From positions 31,910 to 95,909 of the forward strand of contig CACJXQ010000001.1 in NCBI GenBank assembly GCA_902597385.1: a DNA stretch of 64,000 bases. Reading direction: 5' to 3'. Both the position numbers and the translations under genes were made by a program. How positions within the stretch are numbered: the stretch's first letter is position 1; every line of letters starts with the position of its first letter. Source of the stretch: an uncultured Pseudomonadota bacterium. GTDB lineage: Bacteria > Pseudomonadota > Gammaproteobacteria > Ga0077536. Positions 29,564 through 38,563 of this stretch are shown in pieces. The notes beneath the pieces were generated by a model. The model had not been told where the DNA came from, searched no databases, and saw nothing but the letters and a program-made list of their open reading frames with translations.

Positions 29564-30007
29564 ATGATACTTGAAGCTTTAAAAAATTTATTTGAAGACA
29601 AATCAACTCTCAAGGAAACAGGAGAGGACGAAGGTTTGGGTATTGCCGCTGGTGTCCTCATGCTTGAAATAGCCCGTGCTGATGATGAGATAGATGATCT
29701 TGAGAAAGAAGTAGTAATAGAAGGGGTAAAAAATATCTTACATGAAGACAACCACGAGATTAATGAGATTTTCAAAAAAGTAATAGCCGTGGTAGAAGAA
29801 TCAGTATCCTTCTTTGAATTTACATCCCTCATAAATGATAGTTGTTCGAGAGAAGAAAAATATAACCTGTTGGTTATTTTGTGGAAAGTCGCTTACGCGG
29901 ATGGTCAACTGGATAAATATGAAGAATACTACATAAGGAAAATTAAAGATCTTTTATACTTATCTCAAAGTGATTTTATAAAAGCCAAGCTTGAAGCGAA
30001 GCCGTAA
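29564..30007 (+). CDS. TerB-like (tellurite-resistance TerB family) protein
   Basis: Two copies of the amphipathic ...A.ADG..D..E... motif (EIARADDEID and VAYADGQLDKYEE). Confidence 0.5.
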   Translation: MILEALKNLFEDKSTLKETGEDEGLGIAAGVLMLEIARADDEIDDLEKEVVIEGVKNILHEDNHEINEIFKKVIAVVEESVSFFEFTSLINDSCSREEKYNLLVILWKVAYADGQLDKYEEYYIRKIKDLLYLSQSDFIKAKLEAKP

Positions 30008-30044
30008 CATTTACTACCGGGCTACGCTATAGGAGGTATGATTT

Positions 30045-32606
30045 TTGCCTAAGGAATTGGAATTTAAGATTAACCAAAATAACCTTGGGTTTTTCAATTG
30101 TTCCGAGGAGCCTGGCTCAAATGTGGTAGTAAGTAATTCTAGGAATCTAGCCGCTTTGAACCGGGTTATAGAGTGGATGGCACATAACTCGTCTAAGTCT
30201 TTGGAGAGATTCCCAAAAGTTGCGACTCTAGAGAACTATTTGTCTGAGCAATATTATTTGACGTGCTTGCGCAGTTCCATAACAGCAGATGAAAAATTTG
30301 TATTGACGACAATGCAAGAGCAGGCCCTTTGGCAAAAGATCGTAAAGAAGAATATGAGCTTGGATTGGTCCTCAACTGTTCAGATCGCCCATGAGCTAAG
30401 AGTTGCGTGGAAGACACAAAGCTATTGGCGATTAGACAGTGGCCAACTTGGGAACATGGGTTCGAATGCCTCAAAAGTCTATTTGGAACTTTTAAAAAAA
30501 TACCGATCTAGCCTGGTCAAACTGGGCGCCTTGGATCAGGTTATTTTAATGCTAGGCTCGTTATCTGAACAGTGCGTTGACAAAGTCACAGCACATGGTC
30601 TTTTTTCTCCAGCGCCGGTTATACAATCTTGGCTTAAAAGGAATAGCCGCGATGCTCTAGCGACTAGAGCGGGGACACCAGCTGTTCACCATCACAAATT
30701 TTCCAGTAAAATAAGAGAATTAGAACTATCTCTGATTTGGGCAAGGCGAACAGCCGGTGCTAATTCTTCCGCCAAAGTCGCGGTGGTTGTAGATAGTAAT
30801 CCATCAGACGCTGTGGTTGTTCGGTCGGTTTGTGAGGACGTATTTGACGGTACTTTCTATTACTCACATCAGACCGCTCTCGCAGAAAAGCCGTTTGTTA
30901 AGTTGGCCTTTCTAACTTTGGAGCTAAAAGATGTACCGCGCTGGGACTTGCTAAGTAGTCTAATAAATCATCCGCTCCTCCATGGTGCTGAAAGTGAAGG
31001 CTCAGAACGGGCCCTTTTTGATTTAGATTTGAGAGGCAGGGGTCGTTATGAATGGCCGTTGAAGTGGGTAATTGAAGTTTTGGAATCCACAAAAAAATGC
31101 CCTATCTTAAAGGCAATATTGATTGAAATTTTGCATAGTAATAAGAGTATTGGCCGTAAAAGAAGCGTTCAGGAATGGCTCTCCTTTTTCAAAAAAAGAT
31201 GGAAGTCGGTTCATTGGTTGGATGGAGATAGTAAGCTTTTGATAGCTTCGCAACTTCTTGATGATTTCGCGTCTGTTTTAGATCAGGTTGCTGAGTTAAA
31301 TGCGGTCCTTGGCTTTGTTTCTTATGCCGAGGTCGTTTGGTACTTAAAAAATGCGTTTAACGCAAAAAAAGTAAGAAACCTTCAAGATCCAACTAATATC
31401 TACGTTGTTAATGCAGAGGAGGCCGTGACTGTCGATCCAACGCATTTATGGATTACTGAATGTACGGTGACAAAACCGTCCCTCCAGGCTGAGACAGTAG
31501 CGATGCTACCTTTTGCTGAGCAACGGATGATTGGTATTCCGGGCTCGCATCCTTCCGTCGATTTCACCTATCGCAGAATACTTTTTGAATCTTTATGCCG
31601 CAATCGGCAGGAAATTAACCTAAGCTACTCGGAAATGGATAAAGGTGTTGAAATTTTGCCTTCTGCTTTTGCTCCAGGGTTGCAACAAGCATCTCTAAGA
31701 GAGGAAAATGTTTTTGATCGTGAATGCACTTCAAAAAGAATACAGTTTAGTTCCTCAATAGACGATTTCGGTCCAAAAATGCCAAAGGGAAGTGTGTTAA
31801 AAGGTGGGGCGTCTGTTTTGGAGGCCCAAGCTGCTTGCCCGTTCAAGGGTTTTGCTAGGTATCGACTCAGCTCGATAGCACCTGAGGAAGTAGTCCCAGG
31901 CGTAAGCCGCAAAGCAAGAGGGATAGTTACACACAAAGCACTGGCTACCATATGGAATGGCCTAAAAAAACATTCCAGTCTGATGGTAAAAAGCGAAGGT
32001 GAACTTTCGCTAGTAGTGCAGATGGCGGTAAATAAAAATTTAGAGCAATTTAGAGATCCCACCAAAATGGAGACAGCCTGCGGGGCGGTTGAAGAGCAAC
32101 TCCTTAATAAGCTCCTAATTAGTTGGCTTAAATTTGAGAAAAATGCACAACCTTTTGTGGCTTTTATGTTGGAGAAGGAAATAAAAGTCGAAATCAATGA
32201 TTTAAAACTCGTCTGTCGAGTTGACCGGGTAGATGTCTTAGACGATGGCACTAAACGAATTGTCGATTATAAAACGGGTGAATGTAGTTTGTCGGTTCTT
32301 AATCCTCCTAGACCTGATTCTGCCCAATTGCTGCTTTACGCAGTTTACTCTTCAGTTGAGGATGTCTCGAGTGTTGCCTTTGGAAAAGTAGATAATTTTA
32401 ACTCGAAGTTTTTGAGTCGGGACATTTTCGATTTTGGAGTGAAATATCCCGAATGGCAGGCGAGTCTCGAAGCGCTCGCTAATGAGTTGCATGATGGCTT
32501 TGCTTTAGCTAGCCCTAAAAGAAACCAGACTACTTGTAAAAACTGCGAGCAGCAACTCCTCTGCCGAATAAAAACTAAAGATGTGAATTGGGATGACGCA
32601 AATTAA
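30045..32606 (+). CDS. addB: AddB-type PD-(D/E)XK nuclease with an Fe-S staple (helicase-nuclease subunit)
   Basis: C-terminal VDRVD...RIVDYKTG nuclease motif. Cys ~600 plus CKNCEQQLLC (CxxCx5C) match the AddB iron-sulfur cluster arrangement. The start is coupled to addA. Confidence 0.6.
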   Translation: MPKELEFKINQNNLGFFNCSEEPGSNVVVSNSRNLAALNRVIEWMAHNSSKSLERFPKVATLENYLSEQYYLTCLRSSITADEKFVLTTMQEQALWQKIVKKNMSLDWSSTVQIAHELRVAWKTQSYWRLDSGQLGNMGSNASKVYLELLKKYRSSLVKLGALDQVILMLGSLSEQCVDKVTAHGLFSPAPVIQSWLKRNSRDALATRAGTPAVHHHKFSSKIRELELSLIWARRTAGANSSAKVAVVVDSNPSDAVVVRSVCEDVFDGTFYYSHQTALAEKPFVKLAFLTLELKDVPRWDLLSSLINHPLLHGAESEGSERALFDLDLRGRGRYEWPLKWVIEVLESTKKCPILKAILIEILHSNKSIGRKRSVQEWLSFFKKRWKSVHWLDGDSKLLIASQLLDDFASVLDQVAELNAVLGFVSYAEVVWYLKNAFNAKKVRNLQDPTNIYVVNAEEAVTVDPTHLWITECTVTKPSLQAETVAMLPFAEQRMIGIPGSHPSVDFTYRRILFESLCRNRQEINLSYSEMDKGVEILPSAFAPGLQQASLREENVFDRECTSKRIQFSSSIDDFGPKMPKGSVLKGGASVLEAQAACPFKGFARYRLSSIAPEEVVPGVSRKARGIVTHKALATIWNGLKKHSSLMVKSEGELSLVVQMAVNKNLEQFRDPTKMETACGAVEEQLLNKLLISWLKFEKNAQPFVAFMLEKEIKVEINDLKLVCRVDRVDVLDDGTKRIVDYKTGECSLSVLNPPRPDSAQLLLYAVYSSVEDVSSVAFGKVDNFNSKFLSRDIFDFGVKYPEWQASLEALANELHDGFALASPKRNQTTCKNCEQQLLCRIKTKDVNWDDAN

Positions 32607-35600
32607 TGATTTATCAGAACGGAAGAAAGCGAATAGCTTAGAGTCTTCTTATGTTGTCAAGGCTCCCGCTGGATCGGGAAAAACAACCATGCTGGTTAGC
32701 CGATTAATAAGGGCTCTGGCGGAAGTCAATGAACCCGAAGAAGTTCTTGCTATCACTTTCACTCGAAAAGCCGCTGAAGAGATGAGAAAGAGAGTTCTGG
32801 CCCTTTTATTATCGAAAGATTCGGCGAAATCTATCGACCCAGAGCTTCCTGAGATAGTAAATAAAATTCGTATAAAAGATGTAGAGAAAGGCTGGAATTT
32901 GAACTCTGATCCGGCTCGCCTGTCGATTATGACTATTGATTCCTTTTGCTCTGGTTTACTCAAAAGGGCCTCTTCATTCAGTGAGTCCCTTTACTACCCA
33001 ACAGTAGAGGAAGACTATAAAAGTTTATACACCTTGGCTGCTCGACGTGCCCTATCGGAGATATCCTCTGAAGAGCATAAAGAATTTCTTGGCAGGGTTC
33101 TTTCGAAGTATGACTCTGATTGGTCGAGAGTGGAAAGGCAACTCGCCGAAGTGTTAGAGCAGAGGGATACATTGTTCATGGAAGTGGGAGTTGGACTAGA
33201 CTTGAATCAGATGGGCCAACGCTTCTCAGATTTGTTAACTTCGAGATTGTTAAGTTGCGACAAGTTATTTAGTCCAAGTCAAAAGCAAGACATTTTGACG
33301 CTGTACAATTTTTCAGAGACCCATTTAAATCCCAAAAATCCAAAGCTGATGAGAATATTCCCCGAAGCGGAATCAGCTTCCTTAGAGAAATGGCATCAAG
33401 TTTTCGAAAGATTAATCTTTACGAAAACAAACACCTTAAGAAAAAATTTGAATGCTTCCAATGGGTTTCCTTCAGAATTTTCTGAAACAAAACCAATGAA
33501 AAAACTTTGGAGAGAAACAATTAATGAGATCGCTGATTCTCCAAGTGCAATTCAGGTACTTATGCAGATTGTAGCTTTGCCGAAAACCGATAACATCCAA
33601 AATGAACTAAGTGATCTTAAGGATATTTTTGAGCTAGTGAAGTTGGCTTCTGCTCACTTGCATCTTATTTTTTCCCAGCGTCAGGCAACTGATTTTACAC
33701 AGCAGACTTTGGATGCACTCTCGGCTCTTGGAGGCTTGGAAGAACCAAGTGATTTAGCGTTAAGACTTGACTATACCCTTAAGCATATTCTTGTTGATGA
33801 ATTCCAAGACACCTCCCCCGTCCAGCTAGAACTTCTCAGGAAATTGGTGTCGGGTTGGTTTCAGGGAGACGGGCGTAGTTTGTTTTTGGTAGGCGATCCT
33901 ATGCAATCTATCTATAGATTCCGAAAGGCAGACATGGATCTTTTTAATCAATTATTTCAGCTAGGAAGGATAGAGAGTGTACCGCTTGAGAGGTTAACTC
34001 TCGCAAATAATTTTAGGTCCCAAAGGAGTCTTGTTGATTGGATAAATCAATTATTTCCCCCTGCCCTCGAAGCGGTGGGAAGTTCTGCAGACTTCTTTGT
34101 TCCTCAAAACACCGTAAGAATAGAAGACTACGGGAGGCCTTTTACTTTTCACAATATTTCTCAAGACGATCGCTTGGCTGAGGCCAATCATGTTGCTGAA
34201 CTCATTGTCTCGATTCACGGTGAAGAGCAGGATCTGAAATCTGAAGAACGCTCAACAATTTGTATCTTAGGGAGGAGCAAAGGCCATCTAGAGGAAATCG
34301 CGCAAACACTAAAGAAAAGGAAAATAGAATTCACCTCAGTGGAACTCAGTTCACTTGCCGATATTCCGGTGATTCAGGATTTGATGATCGTTTCCAGGAT
34401 TCTTCTCCATCCAGCGGACAAGGTGGCCTGGTTAGCCTTTCTTAGAGCGCCCTGGGCAGGGTTGAAGCTAGAAGTGCTTTCGAAGTTCTCAACCGTTCCT
34501 GTATTACGTGATTTCTTATTGCACTCTGATGCTGTGGTTCGATTAACTAGAGAGGACTCAGAAAGACTGGCTTGGATTCAGGATGTTTTGCACAAGTCTT
34601 ATCAGGCCTTGAAAACCCACTCCATCTTGGATTCTTTGAAGATGACCTGGAATGCTATCGGCGGGAATAACTTATATCGAGATGCTAATTCTCGAGAGGC
34701 AACTAGACAATTTTTTCGTCTTATCTACGAGCTTGAAAAAGAAGATGGTCTTATTACCTATCAAAAGATTAATCGCCTGTTGGAGAAATCCTATCCTGAT
34801 AATCGTCAAAATGTTCAAAGTTCCTTGAATATTATGACTATTCATAAAGCCAAGGGTCTCGAGTTTGACGTTGTGATAATCCCGAGTACTCATAGGACTG
34901 TTAAAAGTGAACCGCAATCGCTTATATATTGGGAAGATTTTGATGTTGATTCTAGCTCTAGAGGTCCAATAGTTGCGGCCTATCAAAATAATACACTTAC
35001 CTCTCTATATTCATTTTTGCGATCTTTCGAGTTGCAGAAGATTCGAGAGGAAGTCGTGAGGCTTCTTTATGTGGGCCTAACCAGGGCTCGTAAGAGGGTG
35101 CACTTATTGGGTAAATTATATGATTGCGAACAAGATGTAGAAAAACGACAGTTTGTTAAACCTCCAAAGGGCTCTTTTCTAGAATGTATATATGAAAAAA
35201 TCCCCACGGAGTTCATACAGCACAACAGTAAAGATAGTTTAGTCGAGTCTCCCGACAATAGAGGTGTTAGTCTAAAACAAATGGAGTTCCCTCAAGTAAA
35301 TATTAATAGGGATCCGTTCGGTAGCTCAGCGATGCGAAATAAAATTGATTTAGGCGCTTTGGAATTCGAATGGGCTGGTACTACGGCTCGCCAAATTGGA
35401 ATAGTGGCTCATTATATTTTTCAGAGTCTAGACGACTTGATAAAGCATCATTCTACAGAGGATATAATGGATAGGTCGCTAAAGTACGCTAGAGCCCGTT
35501 TTATGTCTATGGGGGTTTCTGTCGGTAACATGAATCTAGCCTTGCAACGTACTGAGACCGGATTAAATAACATTCTACACAGAAAAAGAGGACAATGGCT

Positions 35601-35907
35601 TTTTAATAAAAGCCATTCTCTGGTTCAAAGAGAACTAGAACTTTTCCCCGGAGGTGGGTTTGGTGATAAAAAAATTATCATAGACAGGACCTTTGTAGAT
35701 GAAGAAGGGGTTCGATGGATAGTTGATTATAAAACAGGCTACCACGATGGCTCAGATGTAGATAATTTTATAGAATCGGAGACTTTGAGGCATAAACCTC
35801 AGCTCGATTATTATGCTAGCGTCTTATCTTTGGAGGAACATCGCAAAATCCATTTGGGACTATACTTTCCCTTGCTAGATAGGTGGAAGGAGTGGTCTTA
35901 CGATTAA
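32593..35907 (+). CDS. addA: AddA-type UvrD-family helicase-nuclease
   Basis: UvrD motifs I (APAGSGKT), II (VDEFQDTS), III (GDPMQSIYRFRKA), IV (NFRSQ) and VI (VGLTRAR), with a C-terminal RecB-like nuclease (WIVDYKTG). Confidence 0.75.
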   Translation: MTQINDLSERKKANSLESSYVVKAPAGSGKTTMLVSRLIRALAEVNEPEEVLAITFTRKAAEEMRKRVLALLLSKDSAKSIDPELPEIVNKIRIKDVEKGWNLNSDPARLSIMTIDSFCSGLLKRASSFSESLYYPTVEEDYKSLYTLAARRALSEISSEEHKEFLGRVLSKYDSDWSRVERQLAEVLEQRDTLFMEVGVGLDLNQMGQRFSDLLTSRLLSCDKLFSPSQKQDILTLYNFSETHLNPKNPKLMRIFPEAESASLEKWHQVFERLIFTKTNTLRKNLNASNGFPSEFSETKPMKKLWRETINEIADSPSAIQVLMQIVALPKTDNIQNELSDLKDIFELVKLASAHLHLIFSQRQATDFTQQTLDALSALGGLEEPSDLALRLDYTLKHILVDEFQDTSPVQLELLRKLVSGWFQGDGRSLFLVGDPMQSIYRFRKADMDLFNQLFQLGRIESVPLERLTLANNFRSQRSLVDWINQLFPPALEAVGSSADFFVPQNTVRIEDYGRPFTFHNISQDDRLAEANHVAELIVSIHGEEQDLKSEERSTICILGRSKGHLEEIAQTLKKRKIEFTSVELSSLADIPVIQDLMIVSRILLHPADKVAWLAFLRAPWAGLKLEVLSKFSTVPVLRDFLLHSDAVVRLTREDSERLAWIQDVLHKSYQALKTHSILDSLKMTWNAIGGNNLYRDANSREATRQFFRLIYELEKEDGLITYQKINRLLEKSYPDNRQNVQSSLNIMTIHKAKGLEFDVVIIPSTHRTVKSEPQSLIYWEDFDVDSSSRGPIVAAYQNNTLTSLYSFLRSFELQKIREEVVRLLYVGLTRARKRVHLLGKLYDCEQDVEKRQFVKPPKGSFLECIYEKIPTEFIQHNSKDSLVESPDNRGVSLKQMEFPQVNINRDPFGSSAMRNKIDLGALEFEWAGTTARQIGIVAHYIFQSLDDLIKHHSTEDIMDRSLKYARARFMSMGVSVGNMNLALQRTETGLNNILHRKRGQWLFNKSHSLVQRELELFPGGGFGDKKIIIDRTFVDEEGVRWIVDYKTGYHDGSDVDNFIESETLRHKPQLDYYASVLSLEEHRKIHLGLYFPLLDRWKEWSYD

Positions 35908-36608
35908 CGGTCGTCTCTAAATTGACGTTGCAACATCTCTCTTCTCTCTTGGGCATCTACCGTCAGGGTCGCAGTAGGCCGAGCTTCGAGTCGACCCAGA
36001 CCAATCTCCTCTCCCGTTTCTTCGCAGTATCCATATGAACCATCATCTATACGTCTTAAAGCCGAGTCAATTTTGGATAGAAGCTTTCTATACCGATCTC
36101 TCGTTCTGAGTTCTAGAATGTTATCGCTTTCTCTACTGGCTCTCTCTGCATCATCACTAACATCACGAATTTCAGTTTTTAAATTATGTAAAGTTTCCTG
36201 AGATTGGTTTATGAGTTCTCGTCTTCGCTCAAACAGCTTTTCTTGGAAATATAAGAGTTGCATTGGGCTCATGTACTCTTCTTTTTTATTCGGAAGATAA
36301 TTGTCTGGAAGATTCAAATTTTGCAAATCAGGGTTTAATTTCCTGCTTTTTTTTGATGGCTGCACTTTCTTTTTTTTTACCGTCTTTTTCAGGACGGGTG
36401 TTTTTCTAGACGTTTTGACCGATTTTTTTGCTTCAGAGGTTCCACGTTTTTTTTTTGTATTTGGGACCTTCTTAGCCGCGATTTTTTTCTTCGCTGAGGT
36501 CGTCTTCTTTTTAGTTGTCGGGGAAGTCTTTTTGGCTCTCATGTTTTTTTCCCAATTGTCATAATTGTTTTTTTGAGGCTCCAAATCCTGTTCTGTTCTT
36601 CTAGGCAT
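35904..36608 (-). CDS. dksA: DksA/TraR family RNA polymerase-binding factor. It is a Cys-poor (zinc-independent type) variant with a ~110-aa Lys-rich N-terminal extension.
   Basis: The C-terminal 125 aa align with E. coli DksA (coiled-coil with DxxDxA tip-like DDAERA; YGYCEETGEEIGLGRLEARPTATL). Only 1 of 4 zinc-finger Cys is kept. The N-terminus is rich in K/T/S/P. Confidence 0.75.
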   Translation of the reverse strand: MPRRTEQDLEPQKNNYDNWEKNMRAKKTSPTTKKKTTSAKKKIAAKKVPNTKKKRGTSEAKKSVKTSRKTPVLKKTVKKKKVQPSKKSRKLNPDLQNLNLPDNYLPNKKEEYMSPMQLLYFQEKLFERRRELINQSQETLHNLKTEIRDVSDDAERASRESDNILELRTRDRYRKLLSKIDSALRRIDDGSYGYCEETGEEIGLGRLEARPTATLTVDAQERREMLQRQFRDDR

Positions 36609-36782
36609 TCCAACTAGAACTTCTCTAGTTTTATGTTCCTCTTAAAAATTGCCGCGAAACATTAATCATTTTCTGGCCGTAGCGCAATGGTTAAAACAAA
36701 AAAAAATTGAAATTTTTGCTAAATAATTAAAAATTTCTCGTAGAATCAATGTTCTACGTATTTTTTAGTAGTTTCAAAATAA

Positions 36783-37532
36783 TTACGTGTCTTTAAGTAC
36801 GGTCTTTAGTTGTACCGACTTAGTGTGCTTATTTTGTGCGCTTTCACTTCGAATGGTTTTGATTAATCCTACTCGAGGAGCGAACCATTTCTTTTCTTGA
36901 ATTGAGACCTCTAGATAGTCTAGGTAATCGCCACCATATAATACATCATTGCCAATACCCTCTATTACTAAGCAGTCCTTGAACTCTTTTTTTCCGATTT
37001 TAACTGTTTCGTTAGTAGATATTATTCTGTATTTTATGGGAATAGTTCCTTTGATGGCTAAAGGCGTTTCCCAAGGGCCGGTGGCCCTAAGTAGCATCAC
37101 GTTTGTTTCTTTTAACCAGCTTTCACCGGTTTTTAAATTCATGGGTAGAAGTAGCTGCTCTTTGGATTTGCTTCCAGAAATTCTGGGGTTTTTATCAAAA
37201 TTGGAAATGACATAGATACCGTCTTTTTTATATTTGTAAAACTCTCTCTTACCGCTGAGTGTCACCAAAGCGGCATCGGCAGTCTCTGGTTTGCTAGCCA
37301 TATTGTCGACGTATATTACTTCTCTGAATGGTGTTTTTTTGTTATCAATGGTTAATTCGGCTTCATAGATCCAAACCTTTCCATCTTCTATTGGGAAATA
37401 GGCTTCTAATGCAGTCTCCAGGGTGCAGGCGCTGCAGATCGCCATGCACAAGACACCCCAAAAAAAGGCGAGTTTAGTTGGAATCCTCCTAGTCTTAAAA
37501 TCCCAATTTAATTTGATTGTAGTATTTGACAT
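36783..37532 (-). CDS. Hypothetical secreted protein or lipoprotein
   Basis: N-terminal hydrophobic segment with ICSAC. No known motif. Confidence 0.4.
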   Translation of the reverse strand: MSNTTIKLNWDFKTRRIPTKLAFFWGVLCMAICSACTLETALEAYFPIEDGKVWIYEAELTIDNKKTPFREVIYVDNMASKPETADAALVTLSGKREFYKYKKDGIYVISNFDKNPRISGSKSKEQLLLPMNLKTGESWLKETNVMLLRATGPWETPLAIKGTIPIKYRIISTNETVKIGKKEFKDCLVIEGIGNDVLYGGDYLDYLEVSIQEKKWFAPRVGLIKTIRSESAQNKHTKSVQLKTVLKDT

Positions 37533-37719
37533 CTAAAAATCATGTTTGTTTGCTAAATATATGAATTTTTGGTCCCGAAGGTTTCCTAATTGTTGTATCA
37601 TATTACTAATTAGGCTACTAGATCGGCAAAGGTAAGCAGTGAGCCGCTAAAAGCTAATCGCCTTTATTTTTTGGTGTCGTTTAGTAGCATGATATTGGTT
37701 TTTTCTATTTTTCGGTGGA

Positions 37720-38043
37720 GTGTTAAGAATGAGGAATGCAAAGCTATTGTTTCTTGCTGTTTTAGCTACAATCATGGATACCCCTTTAGCGGAAGGGGAC
37801 CCACTAGAAGGGCTGAAAAAAGCTGAAACGTGTCTGGGTTGTCACGCAGTCACTGGATATTTTAACGTCTATCCCTCCTATAAGGTGCCAAAGATAGGGG
37901 GGCAGAGTGCAGGTTATATCGTTAGCGCGCTTAAGGCTTACAAGGCCGGAACAAGGTTGCATGGGACTATGCAGGCTAATGCCTTCAATCTGTCTGAAGA
38001 AGACATGCAGGATATAGCGAGCTATTTGTCTAGTGTGAAATAG
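37720..38043 (+). CDS. Monoheme class I cytochrome c (c4/c5-like)
   Basis: Signal peptide, a CLGCH heme-binding site and a distal Met. Confidence 0.7.
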   Translation: MLRMRNAKLLFLAVLATIMDTPLAEGDPLEGLKKAETCLGCHAVTGYFNVYPSYKVPKIGGQSAGYIVSALKAYKAGTRLHGTMQANAFNLSEEDMQDIASYLSSVK

Positions 38044-38073
38044 GCTTTTTCAGTTAATTTCTTAAAAGTAAAC

Positions 38074-38442
38074 GTGGGGCAAAATAACCAAATGAATAAA
38101 AATTTCCTTACTCTTTTTCTCTTGTTATCGGCAATTATGCTTGGACCGGCTATTTCTTCTGAAGAAGCTCAAGCGAACGGAATGTCCTATGAGCAAAAGC
38201 TTCAAGCATGTGGAACCTGTCATGGGAGCGATGGAGATAAGCCTTTGGCGCCAGATTACCCCATATTGGCTGGTCAGCATGAAGATTATCTGACTAATTC
38301 TTTGAAGGCTTACAAGGACGGAAGACGAAAACATCCAATTATGAATGTTCAAGTTCAAGTCCTAGATCTTAGCGACGCTGATATTGCTCGGTTATCCACT
38401 TATTTTTCCAAGAAACCAGGCCTTAAAGGTTTGGGTGAGTGA
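38074..38442 (+). CDS. Monoheme class I cytochrome c (c4/c5-like)
   Basis: Signal peptide, a CGTCH heme-binding site and a distal Met. Confidence 0.7.
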   Translation: MGQNNQMNKNFLTLFLLLSAIMLGPAISSEEAQANGMSYEQKLQACGTCHGSDGDKPLAPDYPILAGQHEDYLTNSLKAYKDGRRKHPIMNVQVQVLDLSDADIARLSTYFSKKPGLKGLGE

Positions 38443-38563
38443 AGTCTGCTTTGAATTAATATGTTACCAAAAAAGCAATGAGGTCTGAGCTACTGGTAAG
38501 TTTAGTTTTGATCTAGAAAGTTTTTCTTTTCGTACACGGTGTCTGAAATTAAATTAATTTTCC

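Noticed and set aside
36301-36564. 87-aa '+' ORF rich in Phe
   Set aside because: It is the antisense reading of the poly-A (Lys) tracts of dksA, a homopolymer artefact.
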